This document shows positions 31,954 through 42,343 of a stretch of 64,000 nucleotides of DNA, one piece after another. The notes beneath the pieces were generated by a model that was not told where the DNA came from, made no database searches, and was given only the letters and a program-made list of their open reading frames with translations. This stretch comes from Kiritimatiellia bacterium. Its GTDB lineage: Bacteria; Verrucomicrobiota; Kiritimatiellia; RFP12; UBA1067. How positions within the stretch are numbered: the first letter of the stretch is position 1; the number at the start of each line of letters is the position of its first letter. The stretch is from assembly GCA_050949565.1 (NCBI GenBank), contig JBMNFY010000017.1, forward strand, positions 1,248,001-1,312,000. Direction: 5' to 3'. A program made the position numbers and the translations under genes.

Positions 31954-32448
31954 TCACTGCGCCCGGGTCCGTGCCGCAACCGCGCCAGCACAACCCTCTG
32001 CTTCGCGGCCCTTGAGCGCGCCAGCCGCCGCGCGCAACGCTGCCGTGGCCTCTTCGCCCGGCACCTGCTCAATCGCCATGCGGGTCAGGAAGGCAATATT
32101 CTCGTTGTCGCTCGTCAGATTTTTCTTGAGGGCCGCCACGCTTTTCGGCGAGGCGATCAACGCCAGCAGACGGCAGATAAAACCGTAGCCCGCCTCGGTA
32201 CACGCCTCGTCAGCCGCGCACTTCAGCAGCTTCTCTTCGAACCCCGGATGCTGCGACGGATCGGCATCCAGAATCATGCGCTCGATCGTCGAGACCATCG
32301 TACGGTCATCGCCATAGTCGAGGGTAGCGATCACGCTCCACGGATCGACCGTCATGTTGAAACTCTTATACCGTGCATCCGCCGTCTGTCCGGCCAACGG
32401 ATCACTCGCAGCGCGCTGCCCGTCAGACACAATGGTTTTCTTGCTCAT
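31954..32448 (-). CDS. HEAT-repeat protein
   Basis: FICRLLALIASPKSVAALKK, RMAIEQVPGEEATAALRAA. Confidence 0.65.
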   Translation of the reverse strand: MSKKTIVSDGQRAASDPLAGQTADARYKSFNMTVDPWSVIATLDYGDDRTMVSTIERMILDADPSQHPGFEEKLLKCAADEACTEAGYGFICRLLALIASPKSVAALKKNLTSDNENIAFLTRMAIEQVPGEEATAALRAAAGALKGREAEGCAGAVAARTRAQ

Positions 32449-32639
32449 CCGCTTCCCTCCGTAACTTGAAACTAGGCGTACATGATACCACACCTACCCG
32501 CCCGCTCCCATCATATTTGCTTTCCGTTTTTTTGCCAGTCGGTTACCCTTCCCGTGTTTGCTGTGATCAGTAGGAAAAGTTATCAATCTGAGTCGTGACT
32601 TTCAGAGGTATGCACCTTCGGGAAAGGAGTGACGTGCAA

Positions 32640-34073
32640 ATGGGAAAGGTACTGCCGGCAATGACGACACGTCGTAATTTTTTGGGATCGTTCGGTGTAT
32701 TCACGGCGGCGAGTGCGATGGGGCCCGCGATGCGGGCGTTTGCGAAGGTAACGGAGTCGCTCTCGCCGTTGCCCGCTTATTGGCAGCCGCATCTCGCGGC
32801 GGTCGCCGCGAAGGTAAACGCCCACGCGCAGACGGCACCGTTCGGGTTCTGGTTTATCACCGACCTGCATGTCGGCGCAAACAGGCGTCATTCGGGCGCG
32901 GCACTTGTCGCGCTGAACGGCATGACGCCGCTGAAGACGATCGTGTGCGGCGGCGATCTGGTAGAGGCGTTCGCCACAAAATACCCCACGGACAAAGAGG
33001 GCGTCGATTTTGCCATCAACGCTTACCGCTCGTTCTGGATCGATCCTGTCGAGGCCGTGGGCATGGATGTCTATACGGCGAAGGGCAATCACGACTTCAC
33101 CATCCGCCATGATTCAGAGTCGGACGCGGGCTTCACCTATTCGGGTGAGGAGGCGCGAAAGTTCATCATGGGCTCGAAGGCCTGCGCACGTGCGGTAACG
33201 AACACGGACGATCCCACGGCGTGTTACTACTATCAGGACTTCGCCGAGGCGAAGATCCGCCTCATCGTGGCGGATACGACGGACACGGTGAACCCGAAGG
33301 CCGCATTCTGGGGCGTCGTCTTCGGCATGCACGATGTACAACTCCACTGGCTCGCGGAACGGGCTTTCGCCACGATTCCGTCCGGCTGGGGTGCCGTCGT
33401 GGCGCACCACATCCCGATCGCATCCTGCGTGGCCAGCACGGGTGATCATACGAGATACACACCGTTCCGTGAGTTGCTGGAGGCGTATCAGAACCGCACC
33501 ACATGCACGCTTCACGGGAAAACGTTTGATTTCACGCACGCCGCAGGACGTATCCTCCTTGACATCACGGGGCACCTCCACCATGAATGCCAGACGTTCC
33601 GCAAAGGCATCCTTCACGTGTCGGAACCCTGCGACGCCGCGTATAGCGACTACATCATGCGTTCACGGCCGTGGTGCGGCGAACTGCCGCGTAAAACGGC
33701 CGGGACGACTGCCGAGCAGACATTCGGTGCCGTGCAGATCGACGCTGTCCGCAATCTCGTCCACTTTACGCGCGTAGGCGGTGGGCAGGACCGCACCATT
33801 CATCTCACACCACGCACAACGACTGTCGGGAAGCCCCTCGTGTTCGAGTCCAAACATCTGAAAGGTCCGCTCACATGGGGTTGCTACGATGCAGACGACA
33901 GGACGAAGAAGCGCGATCCTCATTCCAAGTACAACGTATCGTTCGTCTACCACAATCGCGTGGCCACCATCTCGCCCGATGGCGTCCTCACAGCGTTAGT
34001 CCCCGGCGAGACGATGGTTCTTGCCATGGACGCGCATCTCAATAAAGAAGTCTTTCCGGTGACGGTTGAGTGA
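32640..34073 (+). CDS. Tat-exported calcineurin-like metallophosphoesterase
   Basis: TRRNFLG; TDLH, GGDL, GNHD, AHHIP, GHLH. Confidence 0.88.
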   Translation: MGKVLPAMTTRRNFLGSFGVFTAASAMGPAMRAFAKVTESLSPLPAYWQPHLAAVAAKVNAHAQTAPFGFWFITDLHVGANRRHSGAALVALNGMTPLKTIVCGGDLVEAFATKYPTDKEGVDFAINAYRSFWIDPVEAVGMDVYTAKGNHDFTIRHDSESDAGFTYSGEEARKFIMGSKACARAVTNTDDPTACYYYQDFAEAKIRLIVADTTDTVNPKAAFWGVVFGMHDVQLHWLAERAFATIPSGWGAVVAHHIPIASCVASTGDHTRYTPFRELLEAYQNRTTCTLHGKTFDFTHAAGRILLDITGHLHHECQTFRKGILHVSEPCDAAYSDYIMRSRPWCGELPRKTAGTTAEQTFGAVQIDAVRNLVHFTRVGGGQDRTIHLTPRTTTVGKPLVFESKHLKGPLTWGCYDADDRTKKRDPHSKYNVSFVYHNRVATISPDGVLTALVPGETMVLAMDAHLNKEVFPVTVE

Positions 34074-34120
34074 AAACCTGATACCATCCTTTCTGGTAAA
34101 TGCCGAGGGAGGATTGAACA

Positions 34121-35146
34121 ATGTCTGAGAATCCGGGACCCGCACAGGGCGACGTTGCCGCAATCGCGTCAATGCGTGAGCGGTGTGCATGTATGAAAGA
34201 ACAACTGGCGCGCGTGATCGTGGGCCAGGACAAGGTAATCGAAGAGGTCTTGATCGCGGTCTTCAGCCGTGGCCACGCGCTGCTGGTCGGCGTACCGGGG
34301 GTCGCCAAGACCTTGCTGGTCAGCACAATCAGCCGCGCGCTGGATCTGAGTTTCAAGCGCATCCAGTTCACGCCTGACCTGATGCCGAGCGACATCACCG
34401 GTACGGATGTTTTGGAGGAGGACCACACGACCGGACGTCGCACGTTCCGTTTCGTCAAGGGTCCGATCTTCGCCAACATGGTGCTGGCTGACGAGATCAA
34501 CCGTACACCGCCCAAAACCCAGGCGGCGCTACTGGAAGCGATGCAGGAGCACCGGGTTACAGTCGGCGGCGTGAACTACGCGCTGCCCGAGCCGTTTTTC
34601 GTGCTGGCTACGCAGAACCCGATTGAGCAGGAGGGGACCTATCCGCTGCCCGAAGCACAGCTCGACCGCTTCCTCTTCAACATCATTGTCGATTATCCGG
34701 CCAAGGAGGAGGAGAGCACGATCATCCGCCAAGTGACCGGACCGCAGAGCGCGACAGTGGATAAGGTCTTGGACGCCGCGCAGGTCTTGGAGATGCAGGA
34801 ACTGGTGCGGCGTGTGCCGGTGGCGGAACACGTCATCGATTTCGCGCGCGATCTGGCGCGCGCCACCCGTCCCGCCCAGCCCGAGGCACCGGATTTCGTG
34901 CGCGAGATGGTCGCCTGGGGCGCGGGTCCGCGTGCGGGCATCAGCCTGATCACGGCGGCCAAGACGCGCGCGGCGATCCACGGACGCACCCACGCCACCA
35001 CGGTGGATGTCGCGGCGGTGGCCTATCCGGTGTTGCGTCACCGCGTGCTCACCACCTTCAATGCCGAAGCGGCCGGCATCAAGAGCGAGACGATCATCGC
35101 CCGGTTGCTGGAGCGCCTACGCCCCTCTGAAGATCTGGACGTGTAA
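34121..35146 (+). CDS. MoxR-family AAA+ ATPase
   Basis: GVPGVAKT, RIQFTPDLMPSDITG, DEINRTPPKTQAALLEAM, ATQNPIEQEGTYPLPEAQLDRF. Confidence 0.96.
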   Translation: MSENPGPAQGDVAAIASMRERCACMKEQLARVIVGQDKVIEEVLIAVFSRGHALLVGVPGVAKTLLVSTISRALDLSFKRIQFTPDLMPSDITGTDVLEEDHTTGRRTFRFVKGPIFANMVLADEINRTPPKTQAALLEAMQEHRVTVGGVNYALPEPFFVLATQNPIEQEGTYPLPEAQLDRFLFNIIVDYPAKEEESTIIRQVTGPQSATVDKVLDAAQVLEMQELVRRVPVAEHVIDFARDLARATRPAQPEAPDFVREMVAWGAGPRAGISLITAAKTRAAIHGRTHATTVDVAAVAYPVLRHRVLTTFNAEAAGIKSETIIARLLERLRPSEDLDV

Positions 35147-35209
35147 GCCACCGCGCCCGTGCGCAACGGACCGCGCGCGGCGCACCCCGTCTGCCGACGC
35201 CTCCTTACA

Positions 35210-36127
35210 ATGAGCACACCTTCCTACATGCGATTTTTGCCACCCGAGACGCTGGCCAAGCTCGGCCGCTGCGAACTGTCGGCGCGCGGTGTGGTCGAGG
35301 GGTTCATCTCCGGCAGGCACAAGAGCCCCTTCAAAGGCTTCTCGGTCGAGTTTGCCGAACACCGGCAATACACGCCCGGTGACGATCTGCGCAATCTGGA
35401 TTGGCGCGTGCTCGCCCGCAAGGACCGTTACTTCATCAAGCAGTACATCGACGAGACCAACATGCGCGTCACGCTACTATTGGACGCCTCGGGTTCGATG
35501 GCTTACGCTGGCGATGAGGCCGCGCCGCGCGATGGCCGGCCGCTCTCGAAACTCGCCTACGCGCAGTACATTGCGGCGATGCTCGGCTACCTGCTGGTCA
35601 ACCAGCAGGACGCCGCCGGGCTCGTCACCTTCGACACCGCGCTGCGCACCTACCTGCCGGCCCGTGCGCGGGCCAGCCAAGTGCGCAGCATCCTTGAAAC
35701 GCTGGATCAGACCGAACCGGGCGGCGAGACCGCCTTGGCAAAGATTTTTCACGACATCGCGGAACGCATTCCGCGTCGCGGCATGGTGGTGATCCTCAGC
35801 GACCTGTACGACGATCCCGCCGCGCTCATTCAGGCGCTGCACCACTTCCGTTACCGCCGCCACGAGGTGTTGCTCTTTCACATCGTCGCCGAAGAGGAGC
35901 TGACCTTTCCCTTTGAGTCGTACACCAAATTCCAAGACTTGGAGTGCGCCGACAACCGTCTGCCGATCGATCCGCGCACCATCCGCGCGACCTACCTGAC
36001 ACGCATGCGCGCGTTCCTAGATGAGATCGAAGCGGCATGCGGCCGCCTCAAGATTGATTACGTGCGCATGAACACGCGCGTACCGTACGATCAAGCGTTA
36101 GCGGAATACCTGTCATTGAGGAACTAG
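35210..36127 (+). CDS. DUF58 (vWA-like) protein
   Basis: GRHKSPFKGFSVEFAEHRQYTPGDDLRNLDWR, LDASGSM. Confidence 0.93.
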   Translation: MSTPSYMRFLPPETLAKLGRCELSARGVVEGFISGRHKSPFKGFSVEFAEHRQYTPGDDLRNLDWRVLARKDRYFIKQYIDETNMRVTLLLDASGSMAYAGDEAAPRDGRPLSKLAYAQYIAAMLGYLLVNQQDAAGLVTFDTALRTYLPARARASQVRSILETLDQTEPGGETALAKIFHDIAERIPRRGMVVILSDLYDDPAALIQALHHFRYRRHEVLLFHIVAEEELTFPFESYTKFQDLECADNRLPIDPRTIRATYLTRMRAFLDEIEAACGRLKIDYVRMNTRVPYDQALAEYLSLRN

Positions 36128-36143
36128 AACCTTACACCGCATC

Positions 36144-39038
36144 ATGCTGTTTCTCCATCCATATTTGCTGCTGGGACTGACCGGGATCGCGATCCCGGTG
36201 ATCATCCATTTGTTCAACCGGCGCAATGCACGGGAGATCAAATGGGGCGCGATGCGCTTCTTGATGGACAGCCTGATGAGCCGCCGCCGCAGTTTGTTGT
36301 TGGAAGAGATGTTGTTGCTGGCCGCGCGTTGCCTGATTGTCGGTTGCGCGGTGTTGGCCATGGCGCGTCCGTTCGTGCCAGCCGGCTCCTCTTTCCCCTG
36401 GTGGCTCGTGCTGCCGCTGGGGCTGCTGGGCATCGTCTTCTTCGGCATGAGTTTCGCACTGGGCCGTTACCGCCGCTGGCAAGTGCTGGCGTGGCTGGCG
36501 TGCCTACTCTGTTTGGGGTTGAGCGCCGCAGCGATCCTGTTGGAAAAACATCTCAGCCTTGGCCGCTTCACCGGTGGCGCCGCGCGTGACGTAGCGTTGG
36601 TCATCGACGGCTCTTCATCCATGACGCTGGAGGTGAACGGCGAGAGCAACTTCAACCGCGCACTGAAAGAGGCCGCGCGTTTGGTCGAGGAAGCGCCGCG
36701 CGGCGTGGCGTTCAGCGTGATCGTGGCTGGCGCGGTGCCGGACCCGCTCGTGCCCGCACCGGTCACCGACCGCAAGTACGTGCAGGCCGCGCTGGAACAG
36801 GCGATTCCGGTTCACGGTGTGTTGCGCGCGCCCGACGCACTTGCCGCCGCAGCCGCATCGCTGGCACAGGGCAACCAAGCCACCAAGCAGATCATCCTGA
36901 TTGGCGACGGCCAGTCCGTAGGATGGCAGACCGACGACCTCGAAAGCTGGCGGTTTCTGGACGAGGCCTTCGCGCATCTGCCCGCCAAGCCACGTATCTT
37001 CGTGCGCGTGCTGGACCTGCCGCAAGGCATCCGCAACCTGACCCTCAAAGACGTCGCCTTTTCGCGACCGGTAGTCGGCACGGACCGCGATGTACGCATC
37101 GATGTAACGCTGGCCAATACCGGCCGCGAGGCGGTCACCCCCGCCCGCGTCGTGTTGCGCGCGGGTGATTCTGAGAAGGTCGATCGCTCGGTGGGACAGA
37201 TGGAGCCGGACAGCGAGCGCGTGGTCTCCTTCATGCACCGGTTCGACACGCCCGGCGCACAGGTCGTCGAGGCGCAGGTCGTTGCGGAGGACGAACTCGC
37301 CTCGGACGATATCATGCGCCGCGTGATTCAGGTCATGCGCACGCTCAAGGTGCTGGTGGTGGATGACGGCCGCGCTGTGCGACTGTTTGACCGTGCCGGC
37401 GGGTATGTGGCGCTGGGGCTGATGCCCTCGACCAAGGAGTTGCTGCGCGACGAGTCAAAACGCGGCACGGCTCCTGAACGTGCGCGTTTTCTGATGGAGC
37501 CGGAGTTGACGGCGGTGAGCGGGCTGGGGCTTAAGCGTACGCTCACCGGATACGCAGTAGCGGTGCTGGCCGATGTGCCGTCGCTACCCGCCGAGCAGGC
37601 CGCGCAACTCGCCGACTTCGTGCGTCGCGGCGGCAGCCTGCTGTTGATCCATGGTGCGCGTGCCGATCCGGCGTTTTTCAACAACTGGCAGAGCGAGGGC
37701 GAGCCGGTCGCGCCGCTGGCGCTCGGTGCGTGTGTGACCGTGCCCGCCACCAACGCGCAGGCCGCCGTCAGGATTGCGCCCGACACCTTCCGCCATCCCG
37801 CGCTGGCGCTTTTCCGCGAATCCGGCGACTTGGCCGATGCCGTGATCGAGTGCTACCGCCAAGCGCTGGAAAGTAACGAGGTGGCCGGAGTAGTCGGCCG
37901 TCTGCAAAATGGTAACGCCTTTCTGGCGGAGCGTGCGCTCGGCAGAGGGCGCGTGGCACAGCTCTTCGTGCCGCTGGACCGCACGGCCGGCAATCTGGTG
38001 GTGCGCCACTCTTTCTTGCCGCTGATCCAAGAACTCACCGCCTACCTCGCGCAACCGGTGGTCGCCACGCTGAACATTCCGCCCTCGCGCGGCGCGGTGG
38101 TGCAGCTCTCTTCACCTGCGTTGACGCATCTCAGCGGCAACGGACTCTACGCCGAATATTTCAGAAAAAATGACCCGAAGAAAATCCTGCTCACGCGCGT
38201 AGACCCGACACTGGACTTCTCGTGGGGTACGCATGCGCCGGCCGAGGGGCTACCCGCCGACCACTTCTCGGTGCGCTGGAGCGGTTCGTTCGTGCCGCGC
38301 CAGAGCGGGACATACACCTTCACGGTGCGGGCGGACGATCGCATCAACCTCAAAATCGGCGCGTACAAGGTGAGCACCGCCTCGTTCGACCAGCAACAAG
38401 AACTACGCGGCACCTTCACGGCGGGAGAACGGTATCCGCTCACAGCGTTGCTCACGGAAGACCAAGGCGAGGCTGGGGTTTGGGTTGACATGGAAGGACC
38501 GGGCTTTCCCCGCGCACGCCTGCCGGGTGACTGGCTGATACCGGTGCGCGGCGCGGTTGATTCATGGGCGGAGGCGGTGGATACGCAGGTGCGGGCGCCA
38601 GGCGGACGTACCCTGTACGCCAAAATCCGCAGCGGCGAGGAGGGACTCGCGCTGCGCACCGACAGCCCGCTGATGCAGGGCCTCTACGAGGTGGCAGTGC
38701 CGACGGCCGCAGCCGGTTGGCTGGGGCATCTTGCCAGTACCAACGACACGTTCCCGATTTGTGTGACTGAAAACCCCGCCGAGAGCCGCCTCGACGCGCT
38801 GACCCCGGATGAACAGGCGATCATCCTGCGTCAGGCTGATATCACCGTGGCGCGCTCGTTCGATGACTTGCGGAGTGCGCTGCGCGGCAAAACCTTCGGA
38901 CGTGAGTTGTGGCGTATCCCGGCATTCGTACTGTTCGTCCTCCTGCTTCTGGAGGCGTTTCTGACACGCTGGATCTGCATCCAGCGCAAGACCGGCGAGG
39001 AGGTGGGCGGAGCAGAGCACGCCCCGCAAAAAAGTTAA
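36144..39038 (+). CDS. BatA-domain/vWA membrane protein with inserted PA14 domain
   Basis: IPVIIHLFNRR..WGAMRFL; IDGSSSM MIDAS; PA14 GLYAEYF..TRVDPTLDFSWG..FSVRWSG..ADD. Confidence 0.85.
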   Translation: MLFLHPYLLLGLTGIAIPVIIHLFNRRNAREIKWGAMRFLMDSLMSRRRSLLLEEMLLLAARCLIVGCAVLAMARPFVPAGSSFPWWLVLPLGLLGIVFFGMSFALGRYRRWQVLAWLACLLCLGLSAAAILLEKHLSLGRFTGGAARDVALVIDGSSSMTLEVNGESNFNRALKEAARLVEEAPRGVAFSVIVAGAVPDPLVPAPVTDRKYVQAALEQAIPVHGVLRAPDALAAAAASLAQGNQATKQIILIGDGQSVGWQTDDLESWRFLDEAFAHLPAKPRIFVRVLDLPQGIRNLTLKDVAFSRPVVGTDRDVRIDVTLANTGREAVTPARVVLRAGDSEKVDRSVGQMEPDSERVVSFMHRFDTPGAQVVEAQVVAEDELASDDIMRRVIQVMRTLKVLVVDDGRAVRLFDRAGGYVALGLMPSTKELLRDESKRGTAPERARFLMEPELTAVSGLGLKRTLTGYAVAVLADVPSLPAEQAAQLADFVRRGGSLLLIHGARADPAFFNNWQSEGEPVAPLALGACVTVPATNAQAAVRIAPDTFRHPALALFRESGDLADAVIECYRQALESNEVAGVVGRLQNGNAFLAERALGRGRVAQLFVPLDRTAGNLVVRHSFLPLIQELTAYLAQPVVATLNIPPSRGAVVQLSSPALTHLSGNGLYAEYFRKNDPKKILLTRVDPTLDFSWGTHAPAEGLPADHFSVRWSGSFVPRQSGTYTFTVRADDRINLKIGAYKVSTASFDQQQELRGTFTAGERYPLTALLTEDQGEAGVWVDMEGPGFPRARLPGDWLIPVRGAVDSWAEAVDTQVRAPGGRTLYAKIRSGEEGLALRTDSPLMQGLYEVAVPTAAAGWLGHLASTNDTFPICVTENPAESRLDALTPDEQAIILRQADITVARSFDDLRSALRGKTFGRELWRIPAFVLFVLLLLEAFLTRWICIQRKTGEEVGGAEHAPQKS

Positions 39039-39040
39039 CG

Positions 39041-41776
39041 ATGAATGATGTGCGCATAGATCTGTTGCCGCCAGAAATCGCCACGTGGTTGGTGGCGCTG
39101 ATGATGGTGATCGCGATTGCGATCAGCTTCGGCGTACGGACGCTGACCGAACGTTTCCGCGCGCGGTTGCCGCGTCTGGCGGTGATTCTGCCGCGCGCGT
39201 TCGCGGCGGTGGCGGCGGCGTGGTTCCTGTTGCAGCTTATCGGCCGCGTGGCGACGTACGCCTGTCCGTGGCCGCTGTGGGTCGCCGCCCTGATGCTGGG
39301 GCTCGGCGTCGAGTGCGTGCTGGCCTGCTTCCGCCGCGAACGCCAGGCACTGTCGCCACGGCTGGGCAAGCTGATCCCGCTGCTGCGCACCACGGCAGTG
39401 GCGGTAACGGCGTTGATCCTGATGCAGCCAGTGCTGGTGCGCTCGACCGACAAACGAATCACGCGCCGCGTCGCCGTGCTGGTAGACGGGTCGGCCTCGA
39501 TGCGGTTCACGGACCGGCAGTGGACACCGCTTGAGCGGTTGCAATGGGCGGCCCATGTTGGCGCACTCGGAGCGGAACAACAGGCCGCGCTGACCAACGC
39601 AGCGACGGATGCGGGAGCGCTTTGGGACTCCCTGCCCGAGACGGCGCGTGCGGAGGTAAACGTATTTTGCGAAACCACGCGCGTCGCGCTGGCGTGCGCG
39701 ATGTTGACGCAGCCGGTCGCAGCCGGAGTGCCGTTCCTGGAGACGCTGGGCAACCGTTACGATCTGAGCCTCTTTACTGTCGGGCGTGGACTCTCCTGGG
39801 CGACCGAAGCCGACCTGCACGCCGGTCTGGCCCCGACTGGCACGCTGTCATTTGCGGAGCGTCACTTCCAAGGCGCGACCGACCTCACAGCCGCGCTGGA
39901 AGGCGTCCTCAAGGAGATTCCTTCTGAACACTTGGCGGGCGTGTTGCTAATAAGCGACGGCCTGCACAACGCCGACACCTCGGTGTTGCCGGTGACACGG
40001 CGCTTCGGCGCGCAGGGCGCACCCATTTGCGGCGTCATGGTCGGCGGCACGCGGTTGCCGTTTGATGTGGCACTGGCCGATGTGGCCGCGCCGGAATCGG
40101 TGTTCCTCGGAGATCGCGTGCGGATGGTCGCGTCGGTGCGGGCGACCGGTGCGTCGGGCCGCACGATCAAGGTCGCGCTGCTGTGCGAAACCAACGTGGT
40201 CGAAGAGCAGGAGTGGAAGATTACGTCGGACGATTGGCAACGCGAGATCCGGTTGGCGCATGAGCCGACGACCAACGGCGTAGTGTGCTATACAGTACGA
40301 GCCGAAACGCTCGAAGGAGAATTGTTTGACGACAACAACGTCTGGCGCGCCGACGTGGCGGTCAGCGATGACCGCATCAATGTGCTGCTGGTGGATCACG
40401 CGCCGCGCTGGGAGTTCCGTTATTTGCGCAATCTCTTTTTCGGGCGCGACAAATCGGTGCATCTCCAGTCTTGGCTGGTTCAGCCCGATCAAGTGTCCGG
40501 CGGGGCGACGGTCGAGTTGCCGCCGGCTTCGGCGGGGCGCAAGTTCGGCGACGCCGAGTCGGGGGGCTGGCCGAAGGGGCGCGAGGAGTGGCGCGCGTTT
40601 GACGTGATCATTCTGGGCGACCTGAACCCGCAGACGCTGACGCCGCAGGTGCAGGAGGAGATCCGCGCTTGTGTGGCCGACCGTGGCGCGTTGCTGGTGC
40701 TGATCGGTGGACCGCGGGCCATGCCGCACGCCTTCGCGCCGGATTCGCCGCTCGCTGCGCTCGCACCGTTCACAGTGCGCGAGCGGGCCGATTACTGGCA
40801 GGGGCCCGAAGCGACGTTCCGATTGCAGCTCACGCCGACCGGACAGAGACACCCGGTGATGGTGCAGTCCGGCAGTCTCTCCGAAAATGAAGAGGTGTGG
40901 GCCGCACTGCCGCCGTTTGACTGGCGGCTGCCCGTGACGGCGAAGCAGGGCGCCGAAGTTCTGGCCGTGGCACTGCCCGAGGACGGCGAGCGCGAACAGG
41001 TCCTAACCGATGTACGTCAAGCGGCCGAACATTTGGAAGCCGTCATGCAGCATCGCGCGCGCCACGCCGTGATCGTGTCGCAACGGGTGGGACGCGGCAA
41101 AGTGTTGGGGCTGGCGTTTGACCGCACTTGGCGTCTGCGATATCGTACGGGCGACACGCGCCATCATCGCTTTTGGGGGCAGGTCATGCGTTGGGGATTG
41201 GGTGAACGTCTGCGTGCCGGAAGCGAGCGTTTCCGCGCCGGAACCGACCGTCTGGTGTACGGCCCCGATGATCCGGTAATCGTGATGGCGCGCGTGCTGA
41301 ATGAAGATTTTTCGGGAGTCGCCGACGCGCGACTCGAAGCGGTGTTGCGCAATGCCGATGGGAACGAAATCACACGCACGGCTCTGACGCCGCGCGCTGA
41401 CTCACACGGTTTTTACGAGGCCACGCTGCCGCCGCAAACGCAGCCCGGCGCGATCGACCTTGAGGTGGTGCGACTGGATACGGTCGCGCCCGAGCGAATC
41501 GAAACCGCTATTCTGGTGACGGCCTCGCGGCGTCCCATCGAAATGGGCACGGTGCGTCCATCGCGCGATACGTTAGAGGCGCTGGCGAAAGGCACCGGTG
41601 GCCGTGTGGTGACGCCCGACCGGCTGACGGAATTGACCGAGGCCTTCGGCGAAGGTCGGGGCACGGTACAGGAGCGACGTGAGATCGCACTCTGGAATCA
41701 TCCGCTGGTGCTGCTCCTGCTGGCACTGCTCCTGACGACCGAATGGCTGCTGCGCAAACGCGGGGGGTTGGCCTAA
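39041..41776 (+). CDS. vWA plus glutamine-amidotransferase-like membrane protein of the MoxR operon
   Basis: VDGSASM, LISDGLHN, PRWEFRYLRN, FDVIILGD, HHRFWGQVMRW, EWLLRKRGGLA. Confidence 0.82.
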   Translation: MNDVRIDLLPPEIATWLVALMMVIAIAISFGVRTLTERFRARLPRLAVILPRAFAAVAAAWFLLQLIGRVATYACPWPLWVAALMLGLGVECVLACFRRERQALSPRLGKLIPLLRTTAVAVTALILMQPVLVRSTDKRITRRVAVLVDGSASMRFTDRQWTPLERLQWAAHVGALGAEQQAALTNAATDAGALWDSLPETARAEVNVFCETTRVALACAMLTQPVAAGVPFLETLGNRYDLSLFTVGRGLSWATEADLHAGLAPTGTLSFAERHFQGATDLTAALEGVLKEIPSEHLAGVLLISDGLHNADTSVLPVTRRFGAQGAPICGVMVGGTRLPFDVALADVAAPESVFLGDRVRMVASVRATGASGRTIKVALLCETNVVEEQEWKITSDDWQREIRLAHEPTTNGVVCYTVRAETLEGELFDDNNVWRADVAVSDDRINVLLVDHAPRWEFRYLRNLFFGRDKSVHLQSWLVQPDQVSGGATVELPPASAGRKFGDAESGGWPKGREEWRAFDVIILGDLNPQTLTPQVQEEIRACVADRGALLVLIGGPRAMPHAFAPDSPLAALAPFTVRERADYWQGPEATFRLQLTPTGQRHPVMVQSGSLSENEEVWAALPPFDWRLPVTAKQGAEVLAVALPEDGEREQVLTDVRQAAEHLEAVMQHRARHAVIVSQRVGRGKVLGLAFDRTWRLRYRTGDTRHHRFWGQVMRWGLGERLRAGSERFRAGTDRLVYGPDDPVIVMARVLNEDFSGVADARLEAVLRNADGNEITRTALTPRADSHGFYEATLPPQTQPGAIDLEVVRLDTVAPERIETAILVTASRRPIEMGTVRPSRDTLEALAKGTGGRVVTPDRLTELTEAFGEGRGTVQERREIALWNHPLVLLLLALLLTTEWLLRKRGGLA

Positions 41777-41915
41777 CGGCCAATGACAGGGGGGCGCGAA
41801 GTTCACGCGTTTCTGGTGAAAAGGAGCAGAGAGTCGGGATCGGGCGTCCTCGTCCGCACTGTGGATGGCCGCGCGCGATTCAGATGCGCGGTTGGGATTT
41901 CAAGAAGGGTGCGTA

Positions 41916-42330
41916 TCACTCTTTTACCCTGTAAGCGGCGTGAACAACCGAGCGCGCATCTGGAGTGAGTTGAAACGGGTCGTTTGTCGACACAACATAC
42001 CAGTTGTCGGGATCCACCTGCGGCGGCGCGTCAAAGAACACAAGCGAGCCCATCTCCACGGTGATGTTGGCCTGAGCGAACCTTTCCTTGGCCAGCGTGA
42101 CCTGCACGAGCGCGGACAGCGTGTCGATGCAGGCGACACCGTTGGTGCGCATGATCGCCACATCGACGCCCACGGACTTGACGTTCACGCCGACCGGAGC
42201 GCTGAATACATTGGTCTGCCCTCACCCGTCGACGTACGACCCGCACACGCTGCTCGATAGTTGCGACAGGAAGAGGCGGTTGGTCGAGTCCGGCGCGACA
42301 CCGTACGCGGTCGAGTCGAAAGCCGCGAAT
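41916..42330 (-). pseudogene. Internal fragment of a larger exported protein
   Basis: Coding-like frame FDSTAYGVAPDSTNRLFLSQ..DG*GQTNVFSAPVGVNVKSV..ERFAQANI with an internal stop and no proper start. Confidence 0.5.
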
Positions 42331-42343
42331 GTGTGACTTCTTA

